Shown here: positions 15,524-26,941 of the stretch, one piece after another
Position numbering within the stretch: the stretch's first letter is position 1
Layout: each line of letters opens with the position of its first letter
Assembly: GCF_006345805.1 (NCBI RefSeq)
Contig: NC_043006.1
Span: forward strand, 99,076,001-99,140,000
Reading direction: 5' to 3'
Length of the DNA: 64,000 bases
Source of the DNA: Octopus sinensis
Taxonomy: Eukaryota
Position numbers and translations under genes: made by a program
Notes under the pieces: model-generated
What the model was told of the DNA's origin: nothing
Databases searched by the model: none
The model's input: the letters and a program-made list of their open reading frames with translations, nothing else

Positions 15524-16194
15524 GTGTGTGTGTGTGTGTGTGTGTATTTAGTTACTGTGATTTAGAGAATACGCTAATGAATACATACATATTGAGACTT
15601 TGCTTCATCACGCATTGTCTAATTTGTTAATTTAAATAATGACGTGTGAAATGAAACTTCATTATAATCTGCGGTGTCTCAATGGCCACTATACATATAC
15701 ACGCAAACCTATGTTATTACAATTAAATTATGAACAAGGTATGAGGTGAATAGAGAAAAAAATAATTTGCACCATATATGTTTATTTCCAAAGTGTTCCA
15801 TAAAAACAAAGTTTTGTCCCAGGTGGAAAGAAACAAGGCAATAATGTGGGGAAGATAGGGAGATGTTACACAAATTGCCTTCATGCAATATGATGTGAAG
15901 TGGAATATTGAAAAATATATAGTTATTGTAAATGACTGTTAGTCGTGTCCAGTAATTTTGAAGCCCTGCTTACACTATAACGTTACTGGTTCAATAAATG
16001 TCTCACCAAATGGAAAGAAAAAGAAAGAAGATTAAATGTAAAAAATCAAAACGCAATTGTTACAATATCAAATCTTGCATCTGTAAATACAATACGTACT
16101 TGCACACCGAGGGCCAAACAAAATGCTATTACGCAGACAACATACTCGTATGAACACACGCACAATCTCACACATATATTCTTTATATTATTAA

Positions 16195-16340
16195 AGCTGC
16201 AAAAATATCACGAAAAGAACTGCTACTCAGAGTTTCAAGTTCCTGTTCGTCGTACTGTTGTGATTTCAAATCACAACTCTCCGACGAACGGTAAAGCGAA
16301 ACTCAACTCAGACTGGTATATTTTTGTGATGTTTTTATTC
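16195..16340. repeat. Imperfect inverted repeat with degenerate hammerhead-like arms
   Basis: AAAAATATCACGAAAA..GAGTTTC..GTTCGTCG..GTTGTGATTT mirrored by AAATCACAAC..CGACGAAC..GAAACTC..TTTTGTGATGTTTTT. Confidence 0.6.
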
Positions 16341-18015
16341 AGCTCTAATCATAAAGCATATTACTTTACCTCCGTTATTCGAGTGCAACTTTCATGTCAC
16401 CCTATTTCACATTCATGTGCTTACTCTAGTATATGTTATATATATATATATATATACATATACATACATGAGTCAGTGGTCAAACGAAAGCAAAGCACTC
16501 AACAAATTTATTGGGAGTTACATGTATCGATCAAAATATTTTGATTAAAATTCTTTGGTACTTTTGAGTTTCAAGCGTGATGCTATTCGTCAGCTCTTTT
16601 GAATTTGAATGACAAATGTTGATCTTTGATAACGTAATGAGGGCTGAGATTGGTCGATGAAGGTCATTCGGTGTCATGGTTTCATGTTGGTATATGGGTA
16701 ACAGTTGGAAAATATCGTATGTTGAACTGGAAATGACCGTGTGAGGGACGGGTCTTTTATATATATGAAGAATCTTCCTCCATCTGGCTCTCTACAAAAC
16801 AAAAAGTAGCATAGTTGAACAGTCATTTTAACGACTTATTATATTTTTATTTATCACCAGACAAAGATACATCTGCGCCACCGGATACTCCTGATCCAGA
16901 TGTTGAGTGTTGCACAAGAGGAGTCGATGCTTGAGGTGTCGAAACAATTGTTGCGATTAATAATATATTCTCGTATATTCCATCTTCTGTTTTGTGGTCA
17001 TTAGTTTCAACTATCCAGGAAGGGTATTGACAGAAGACACAACCAGGTCTAAACCCCGGTGTTTCATAGTTACATCAATAAATATTTTATTGTGAACACA
17101 ACTCGGTCCGTAAAAAGTTTTCTGTAGTCAAAATGCTACAGAGACTGAAATATTAATGTGCGAATTTGCTGGATCATATATGAGTGTATGACTATATTAT
17201 TGACTTTATTTAGTTTATTTCATTAATTTTCCCCATTTAAATATCTTATGTCTGCCGAATTGTTGTACTATTTCAATCACTTTGCAATGTGACGCATTAA
17301 AAGAAGTCTTCTCTTCTGTGATTCCTAAATGTATAAATTTAATTACACAAACAAATACATCAGAAAAACACCAGGACTAACAATTACATATAACATACAG
17401 AAAATAGCACTGTTAGGCAGGGCTCGCATCCTACGTAAAGCACTTTCAATACAGTAAAAAGAAGAGTATGACAGCAAAGCAGAGCACATACTCAAGTCAC
17501 ATAGTGCAGCGTTCGGTAGTGCAGGGAAACACATGATAAAAATAAAACTACAGAATAACAACAACAACAACAAAAACAGCAACACGTGTATATAATACAA
17601 TAGTTCAGCGGAGGTATTTTTTCTGCCACATTTAGCTGTACTCTAACACCTCTACTGTACATAGTTTCTCTTCTCTCTCTCAAATATCTATGTCAAGCGT
17701 GCTATCTTTACATTTTCTTATGGTTTACACTGGGGCATTTCACCAGTTGTCCTTATTACGTGTGTCTATTATCTATACCATACTGTGATTACCCTTTCGA
17801 CGGATCTCATTATAGACTGTCTGGCTACAGTAATATGTCTCGTCGGTTGATATTACCATTGTTATATTTTTGAACAATTGCTATGATGTGAGTGACATCT
17901 TCGGTGCTAACTCCACACAGTCTGCTTCGGTTATCACATTTGTTGTAAAAGAGAATGGACACGCCACAATTAATTCACTATTTTACCTCTGGCGAAATGA
18001 TAATTAAAAGCTACA

Positions 18016-18063
<48 letters not shown>

Positions 18064-18871
18064 ATATATATTAGTGTGTTCACATCCATTATGCATATGT
18101 TGTAGTTCATTATATAGCCCACCACTTTCCTTGCTTTCTTGATTCTTATTTATAAGTTGAAAGCCGTGAGCTATCCAGCATTGAAAGGGGATAAACTGTC
18201 GCAGCACGCACAGTTAGAGCAGTAAGCATTACAGCTAATGAAGTTTTTAATTTTTCGAGAGATACCGTCTTTAATATCATTTTTACATTAAAAAATCAAT
18301 GTAAAATAAGATCTAGCAGCATGATTCTAAATGGAAGGCAAAGATTGCAGATAGAGGCTGCAGTATATTGAAAGGTATCTTGTTAAAACAGCATTCACCA
18401 ACGGTAGTATCGCAGAGAACATAGCAAAACTAGGCCTTGCGAATCCTTAGGCGATCAAAATCGTTCATGGTCATTATGAATTTCGATACTAAGGGAGGGA
18501 CGCACTTATTAAAAGCATTGTAACTCCATCACCAATAATAAGTGGAAAAATGGCGTCTAAACTATAGAGATAATCAATGGAACGGTTTTTTACCGTTTAT
18601 ATTTTTCACAAACTGGAGCAATTTTATATGAGGAAAATGCCCAAAGATAACTGAAGTTGCTACTATCGTGAAACATGACGGTGCCACTATAATTAACTAG
18701 GCAGACATATCTGAGAATTATTTTGGCACATTAATTGTTCACCATACCAACATTAACGCCGATCATTATCTAAATACTTCAGCTGATCTTGTTCATTCTA
18801 TGGATAAACATGTAGCGTATGCTGAAGTTGCACTAATTCCGCAATAAATAGCATAACCTCCACCTAATGTT

Positions 18872-18958
<87 letters not shown>

Positions 18959-19047
18959 ATATTATATATATATATATATATACTAGATACTACTCTATTA
19001 TCAATTCACATAATGTTAGGATAGGTTTTTCAAACACAAAAAATCTC

Positions 19048-19587
19048 TTGCAAATTATATCTTCTCATAATAACAAACTGTTAAATATTAATACATTTAC
19101 TAATACTAACATTAAGTTAGCTAATACCATCCAACCCTCTAGAAATATTAATAACAAGGTTATTGTATCTGAAGTCAATTCCAATAGAATTAAGTTTATG
19201 TCAAGTAACTCTAAGATTAAACATTCTATATACCAGTGTATAATCAGTACTCGTAATAAAGTACGATTTTACATTGGAAGCACATCGTTAGAGTTATCTA
19301 AAAGAATTTCTATCCATTACACAACATTTAGGGATAGAAATAAACGTTATAGTGCCGGTCTCAGCAAACTGATTTGGGATTTAAAAGACCACAATGAACA
19401 ATTTCATTTAGAATGGTTGTTTCTCTCAATTTCGATACCATATGACAAAGGCAAGGAATTCTGTCTTCTCTGCAATTCTGAGCTATTTTTCATTATTTTT
19501 TCTAAAAATCCCCTAGTAAACACGGTTATAGAGCGAGCATACAGATGTAAACATTGGCAAAAACACACATTTAGTGCATATAAGTAG
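19048..19587 (+). CDS. GIY-YIG endonuclease domain of a PLE (truncated)
   Basis: IYQCIIST..FYIGSTS...LSKLIWDLKD...PY..G..CLLCNSE...C.H: GIY-YIG core plus C-terminal CxxC/CxH as seen in PLE endonucleases. Confidence 0.8.
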   Translation: MQIISSHNNKLLNINTFTNTNIKLANTIQPSRNINNKVIVSEVNSNRIKFMSSNSKIKHSIYQCIISTRNKVRFYIGSTSLELSKRISIHYTTFRDRNKRYSAGLSKLIWDLKDHNEQFHLEWLFLSISIPYDKGKEFCLLCNSELFFIIFSKNPLVNTVIERAYRCKHWQKHTFSAYK

Positions 19588-19788
19588 TCTCTATCATTAT
19601 ATATAATTTAAACTTTAATTGCCTTTATATTTAACATTCACTATTAATATCCTTACTCTTTCTGTAAGCTACTTATGACGTTATATCATATAAGTTTTTT
19701 TTAAACAATATTAATAGCGTTCTGTCAATCGCTATACAAATCCATCATTTTTTGCTAAAATGTCGTATTGACAAGTTTCGTTTTTTTC

Positions 19789-19874
19789 ACTTTTCCGAAG
19801 AGAAGATTGCATTGTTTATACCATTTATTCTTTTGAATAGTATCAGTGGAATCTTCGAAACATGTATCGAAAGT
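19789..19874 (+). ncRNA. Degenerate type I hammerhead ribozyme motif
   Basis: CCGAAGA (U4 to C), perfect 7-bp stem II GAAGATT/AATCTTC, GAAA, palindromic helix III ACATGT, triplet GUA. Stem I (ACTTT/AAAGT) is out of register. Confidence 0.5.
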
Positions 19875-19906
19875 AAAAATATCTGATTACACCTGCGTTA
19901 AACTCC

Positions 19907-19967
<61 letters not shown>

Positions 19968-21237
19968 TGTGGCCTAATCCCCGAAATTTTATACTACATG
20001 CTGAATCACTTAAAGAAATTTGCACAAGCATATAGTAGTAATCTTTCTTCATAAATTACACGTTAGTTTCACATCTGCCAGACATTGTTACCAGCTTTGC
20101 ATCTGCTCATGTGAAATGTAGAATTTCGATTGTTTTCTCAATATTCTCAAAATGTAGGGAAATTGTTTTATATATTCATTTGAAAGGAATCCTATTTTGC
20201 ACGTCCTGAATTCGCTAGGTAGATGTATATATATATTTCATCAAGTCGACTCCATCGCTTTTTCTTTGTAGATGACTACTGCTGTATATACTTTGAAAAA
20301 TAAAGCAATATTTTGTTACTCATAATATTAAGTATGAAACCATTTTATATGAAAAGAAATATTTACGTGTGATACAAAGTGAGAATTGTGATATATTTGA
20401 CTTTCCAGTGGTTCCCTAATGTCTTTCTGTATATCACAAGGAGTGAAATAACTTAATATTTGAATTTATCGCCGTAAATGTGTTAGCAATATACGAAATT
20501 GCAAGTAAGCTCCATAAAATTCAACACAACATTCTACATAAATTCACTTAGTCGTAGGCACAAATATTTTAGTTTTAAAGATTTGGGCATTCATTGAAAG
20601 AAAATCACATTATGGTTAAGAAATAGGACTGCGTTTTTCGACGAATACATAGGTTTCGTTAACACGTGGTCGTAATCAAATTTACTTATAGATAACAATG
20701 GAAGTATATAGTAGTGTTCTTAGTTAAGGCATTTAAAGGTGTTGGGAGTAAATTACTGACATATCTGAAAAGTGAATACAGTATCGGCTCAATATTCTAG
20801 GAGTTGGATTTTTGTAAAATTAGCTCTCAATAGTAATGAACTAAAATATTTCCAATGCCAATTTCATTTCAAGAGTTTCCATTCTACTGCCTGTCCTCAC
20901 TTCAATAGCAGGTAAGTATGACATAGTCTTTTATGAATCTGTGGTATAAAATTATGTAGCATTCCGCATATTTTCGTGTGGGAATTCTTGATCGACTCAC
21001 CATATATATACACATATATCCAGAGTTTATGCTTTTAGTGTATGTATATTCATTTAATTATACTCATACTCACGTACGCTTTCATGCATAGATAATGAAC
21101 TAATTACTCCCCATGTACTTATTTCAGATATATATTTATCAGTATGTGGCGGAGTTTTTCTTGTGGAAATATTTTAACCTATCCGTGTGTGGCTGCATAA
21201 TCATCTAGAAAAATACTTATGAATATATAAGTGTACA

Positions 21238-21402
21238 GGCGCAGGAGTGGCTGTGTGGTAAGTAGCTTGCTAACCAACCACATGGTTCCGGGTTCAGTCC
21301 CACTGCGTGGCATCTTGGGCAAGTGTCTTCTGCTATAGCCCCGGGCCGACCAATGCCTTGTGAATGGATTTGGTAGACGGAAACTGAAAGAAGCCTGTCG
21401 TA

Positions 21403-21478
<76 letters not shown>

Positions 21479-21690
21479 ATGTGTTTGTGTGTCTGTGTTT
21501 GTCCCCCTAGCATTGCTAGACAACCGACGGTGGTGTGTTTACGTCCCCGTCACTTAGCGGTTCGGCAAAAGAAACCGATAGAATAAGTAATGGGCTTACA
21601 AAGAATAAGTCCCGGGGCCGATTTGCTCGACTAAAGGCGGTAGTCCAGCATGGCCGCAGTCAAATTACTGAAATAATTAAAAGAGTAAAA
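21238..21690 (+). mobile_element. tRNA-derived SINE with internal (TA)n(TG)n and CR1-like tail
   Basis: A-box-like TGGCTGTGTGG and B-box-like GGTTCAGTCCC, CORE-like TTGGGCAAGTGTCTTC, tail GGCGGTAGTCCAGCATGGCCGCAG..CTGAAA. Confidence 0.85.
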
Positions 21691-22036
21691 GAGTACAGTA
21701 GGAGATTCATTACACACATACACGCGTGGGTGTGCGAGCTCATACATAGATGTATCTGTAACCGTGTGTTGGCTCATGGCCTGGTAGTTGAAATGTTGCA
21801 GTTAAATCAATCGTGGTATCAATTTCTGGACAGAGTAATGATATGCATCCTTATAAAAATACACTTCATCTTACGTCGACGTTCGAAAACTTCAGTACAT
21901 GAGCACATGAGGTGTGTTACATCGTGCACTGTTCCCTCAACGACGATTTGATGGTGCGAGTGTTCTAAATGTATATTATATCTATATTAAATAATTATAT
22001 AAAATATCCTTTGGCAATATGAGAAAATGCAAAATA

Positions 22037-22102
<66 letters not shown>

Positions 22103-22669
22103 GTGTGTGTATGTGTTTGTGTGTCTGTGTTTGTCCCCCTAGCATTGCTAGACAACCGACGGTGGTGTGTTTACGTCCCCGTCACTTAGCGGTTCGGCAA
22201 AAGAAACCGATAGAATAAGTAATGGGCTTACAAAGAATAAGTCCCGGGGCCGATTTGCTCGACTAAAGGCGGTAGTCCAGCATGGCCGCAGTCAAATTAC
22301 TGAAATAATTAAAAGAGTAAAAGAGTACAGTAGGAGATTCATTTACACACATACACGCGTGGGTGTGCGAGCTCATACATAGATGTATCTGTAACCGTGT
22401 GTTGGCTCATGGCCTGGTAGTTGAAATGTTGCAGTTAAATCAATCGTGGTATCAATTTCTGGACAGAGTAATGATATGCATCCTTATAAAAATACACTTC
22501 ATCTTACGTCGACGTTCGAAAACTTCAGTACATGAGCACATGAGGTGTGTTACATCGTGCACTGTTCCCTCAACGACGATTTGATGGTGCGAGTGTTCTA
22601 AATGTATATTATATCTATATTAAATAATTATATAAAATATCCTTTGGCAATATGAGAAAATGCAAAATA

Positions 22670-22680
<11 letters not shown>
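21410..22680 (+). repeat. About 632-bp tandem duplication with breakpoints in (TA)n
   Basis: GTCCCCCTAGCATTGCTAG occurs at 21501 and 22133. The units look identical apart from one T in a homopolymer and microsatellite length. Confidence 0.95.
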
Positions 22681-22767
<87 letters not shown>

Positions 22768-22869
22768 GTGTGTGTGCGTGTGTGTGTGTGTGTGAATATA
22801 TATACATAAACATACCTTATATATATATTGTGTGTGTGTGAATGAAAGGTAGAACAGAAATAACACAAC

Positions 22870-23830
22870 AGAAACCGTCAGTTAGGTCGAGAACGGCAAA
22901 CAATGCAAAACATGATACAGGGATCATTCACAGCCAATTGCCTCTTCAGTCGGAGTCCGGAATGTCCGATACTACTCGAAACCGACTGGGTTAAAAGCAA
23001 ACGGATGTACATATACGAAAACAAATAAGTAAACAATAGAAAGGGTCTTTCGACTATCGGATGAATGTAACAAATGAATTGAATTATACAAATACAATGG
23101 GAAAAGGCCTTTCGGCCATACAACAGAAGTAAGATAATTATTCAATTACAACAAAGATAAAAGAAAACAAACAGGGTCCTTCAACTATCCGACGAGTGTA
23201 GTAAGCTAGCGCAAGGAAAATGGAAATGGAAAAATCTTATCTGAGTGGGCGGCAGAATAGACGCAAGAGACCTCAAAGGCAGCAGGCCGGAAAAGGACGA
23301 GAATGCCTGAGTAGTACAGCGAATACGTGGTAGGGGTGGGGAGGGGTTGAAGGGGGTAGAGGGACTAAGGAATAGGAGAGAGGGGAAAACAATCAAAGGG
23401 ACCAAAGAATGAGAGGGAGGGGGAGAGAGGGAAAGGGAACAGTGGAGGTATGTGAGGAAGAAAAACAAAAGAGATTGAAGAATAAGAGTGATGGTAGAAA
23501 GGGATTCAGAGAGGAGGGATTGGAGAAAAGGAGAAACAGAGAGAGAGGGGGGAGGACGAAGGAATAAGCGAGAAAGGCGAGGAAAAGAGGATAAGAGTCG
23601 TACAGGATATTCAAAAGGTATCTTTTTCCACAAAGTATACAACAAATTGTACGTAGTACAGCATGGATAATGGTAGACCAGAAAAACAACAAACGCAAAT
23701 CGTTAAATCACAACGTGCGGAAAAAAGGTTGATAAAACGACAACAGCGTACAGGACAAAACAAGATACACGGATCATTTGAAGCCAATTGCCCCTTAAGT
23801 CGGAGTTCGGAATGTCCACGTAGCTTCACT
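22870..23830 (-). repeat. Unclassified repeat with about 70-bp diverged direct repeats flanking a purine-rich tract
   Basis: GATCATT..AGCCAATTGCC.CTT.AGTCGGAGT.CGGAATGTCC at about 22920-22970 and 23770-23820. Related motifs occur at 42130-42360, possibly PLE terminal repeats. Confidence 0.45.
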
Positions 23831-24188
23831 CACGAGGAGTAAATGTAAAGACAAGTAAGTTAGGCATACATTACTTTGTCCTTACATCTCCTCCTCTACC
23901 TGCTCAAGTTAGAAGCCTTGAGCACTATGAGGTGTATTTTATGCCTGTCTCTTATCTCTGTTTCTCGCTACATATGAGTGTGGGTATGTATATATATATA
24001 TGCAATAGGAAGTGTAGTGGTGCCGGACTTACAAGAAATTTGAATATTGGATAATCATAATGAAATCATGTAATAATCACATAGAAATTGGTTATAATTG
24101 GTTAAGATTATAATATAATTAAGTACTTGTTATGAAGGTTAATTTCATATTCTAGCAAATTATAAAATGTAGAACATCATATAAAAAC

Positions 24189-25209
24189 TACAAAGTACTT
24201 TGAAGAAGTTCTGTGAACTTTTTTTTAAGAGAAGCCTGCTTCTTGCAGCTGATTCATTTATATAATGCAATTGGGATGCGAAAACTGTTTGAGACCATGA
24301 TATACAATAGTTTTGTGCGCAACTAGAGAAAAATGCAACAGAAACTTATGAAATGGTTAGGCTAGTTATCCTTTAACATGTGTGAGCTGAGCATCTGTAT
24401 TTCGCTAACAAAGGTTGTTCAAAGACTGTAGCGAGAAAGTAGAATATTAGTGGGCGGGAGGGGAAGGCAGGAATATCAGAGCTGGTTCGGAAAATTCGCA
24501 GTCTCCAGCATGAAGACCGCCGAGTGTTTTATAAAGATAATAAGCATACACTTTGAAGTTGGTGTGACAACTGTACGCAGAATTATTCACGAAGGTCCGT
24601 TCATGCTCAAAATTTGTGCAAAGTTTCTTCCCAGAATGCTCAGTAATGGTCAAAAGGAAAGGGATGTTGGTGGCAGCAGGAAGATGGCATAGTTTGTTAC
24701 TTACAATCTAAGAGTAGTTGGGTCTCTGGTGACTGGTGATGTTACGTGTATCCAAAAATAAGTGACAGAGTGCCCGATGAGATCATCCGATCCCCCAGAC
24801 CCAAGAAAGCCAGGCAAAGCAAGTTCATCAATACGCACATGGCGGTCCACATCTTTGACAAGAAGGGCATCATCTACATCCACAGGTTGTCTCTAGCCTG
24901 AACCTGCACCAGGACAATGCAACTATTAACAATTCCACCCTAGCAATGAAGTGCTTGACTGATATGGGCATCGAAACTGTCCCTCACACACCCTATATCC
25001 CCACCACCACGCGACTTTTGATTGTTCCCAATACTGAAGATGAAGATGAAGTAATTACATGGAGTTTCACGAAGTGGCAGGAATGCTACGTAACAAGTGC
25101 ACTGATGTCAGAGGATCCTACTTTCAAGGATATTAGTGTTTTTTTCCTTCAAATTATTAAATACCTCTCCTGAAAAAATGCCACTGCAACTTCTGCAATT
25201 CACCTCGTA
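24189..25209 (+). mobile_element. Tc1/mariner transposon relic (fragmented transposase)
   Basis: Pieces VRRIIHE..KICAKFLPRMLS, LVTGD, SPRPKKARQSK, IFDKKGIIYIH and HQDNA..VPHTPY match mariner transposase motifs. Degenerate TA-flanked TIRs. Confidence 0.85.
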
Positions 25210-25697
25210 CAATACACTACTTATATTGATTCATAAATTAAATCATGTGTTGTAACATCTGCGTTGTAGATTGTCCCATACATAACACTACCTACATATA
25301 TTTTACGGAATATGGAATCTGTATGCCGACTGTCATTCACATTACATACAAAACCCAATCCACCCGAATTTAAAGTACCTCAATACTAAAAGATATCGAA
25401 TTAATCACTGACAAGTTAAACAATTCGGAATATCGAGAAAATAAAAAGAAATATGCTTAAAATATAATATTTCACTAATATTTACTTTCAGTAATCCAAA
25501 AAATCTAGAGGTTAAGGGTTTCCCTTTTGTACGTAATCCCTGTCCCTAGTGCGAGTAGAAGCCATAATATTGTTAACGCAAGACAAAGTTGTCACATCTA
25601 ACGTTCAATTATTTATGGGGTGCCAAACATCACATACAGACGATCTTCACTTCTTCCAATCATGCAGATGCAAAATCCTCGTCAATTATTTGCTTTA

Positions 25698-26094
25698 TCT
25701 TTATATATAAAAGAGTGGTTGTGTGCCGTCTGTCTCCTACGATTTAGATTCCTAACTACTCCCACATTTGCGGTGCAGTTTAACCAAAACCGGGTATCTT
25801 ATAATCGTGATTAATATCGAGCTCTTCTGGGTATTAGCGCACGTCTACGATGAGTCTACGATTTAAAAAAAATTACCATCAATTTTTCCCCTTTTTAATG
25901 CATTTTTGGCATATATAAGGGAAGTAACTCTCTAAAAAATTATTATTATAACTTCAGAACGTAACAACCTACAGTAACACCCCCCCACCTTTGTGGTTAG
26001 CCATATTGAGATGGCTATTATACTTTACATCTCTAAAAATGCTTATATAGTTATTTCCCTTACAAACCCAAGCAACGCCAGGCGATACTGCTAG
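25698..26094 (+). mobile_element. Non-autonomous Helitron, family A (long variant)
   Basis: A|TC start, subterminal hairpin, CTAG|T end; homologous to 967-1360. Confidence 0.85.
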
Positions 26095-26653
26095 TTTTCT
26101 ATAAAGATGTGCACCAAGCATATGCCTGCCGTAGGACTATACCACAACCACAGCGTACGCCGGATTCGCGTACATACTAGCAAATGTAGACCTAAAATCT
26201 ACAGAAATGAGATACTTACCTGATAAGTTATAGCACGCGAAGTATCAGAATTGCAGTCTATGTGCCACGAATAAACCGGGTAACACGTTTATAACGCAAA
26301 AGTAAATACGTCATCTATAAGATGTGTGTGTTACGTGCATTCGTATCCCGTAGGAAGTGGTGCATATTTTCTCCGTAAACAACGCGTACGCGCACTCATA
26401 CATATGAATACATGTATATATATGTATGTATGTATATGTATGTATATGCCGCGTGTGTACCGTTGGTGAATTCTTCCTCCGTCTTCCCTTCCTTGGATCT
26501 TTCCTTTTCCTATGTTTCTGACGAAGAGCTCCGCTCGAAATATGAAATCCTCTTTCCTTTCTTTCCTTTCCTGAGCGTCCAATAACACTAAACTTGTTCC
26601 ACGTCCTCGCGTTGTTGTGTTTTCATGTTTGGATTAACTATATATATATATAT

Positions 26654-26779
26654 ATATATATCAAAAAACAAGTCAAGATAGAAAATGCTAAAATATTTTT
26701 AAAATTATTTTAGCATTTTCTATCTTGACTTGTTTTTTGATATATATCAACTCGTGTGTTCCTTTTCAACCTTATACAT

Positions 26780-26784
<5 letters not shown>
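26654..26784 (+). repeat. Fold-back insert: 42-bp perfect arms plus about 37-nt tail between (TA)n arrays
   Basis: ATATATATCAAAAAACAAGTCAAGATAGAAAATGCTAAAATA (26654-26695) is the exact reverse complement of 26706-26747. Confidence 0.9.
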
Positions 26785-26833
<49 letters not shown>

Positions 26834-26835
26834 TA

Positions 26836-26869
<34 letters not shown>

Positions 26870-26941
26870 TAGGTGTGTGTTTTTGTATGTGTATGTAGGC
26901 GTCTGCATGTGTATATCTATACATATATACATATATATGTA

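Larger units (their letters stand above)
18985..19905 (+). mobile_element. 5'-truncated Penelope-like element between (TA)n arrays
   Basis: GIY-YIG ORF followed by an AT-rich 3' region with a hammerhead-like motif; (TA)n on both sides. Confidence 0.75.

Noticed and set aside
16905-16960. Hammerhead at CAAGAGG..GTCGAAACAATTGTT
   Set aside because: The core lacks CUGA and stem II is poorly paired; too degenerate to call.
21535-22584. ORFs 21535-21951, 22167-22382 and 22363-22584 as a duplicated gene
   Set aside because: They are read through SINE sequence and its flank within the tandem duplication; no protein motif.
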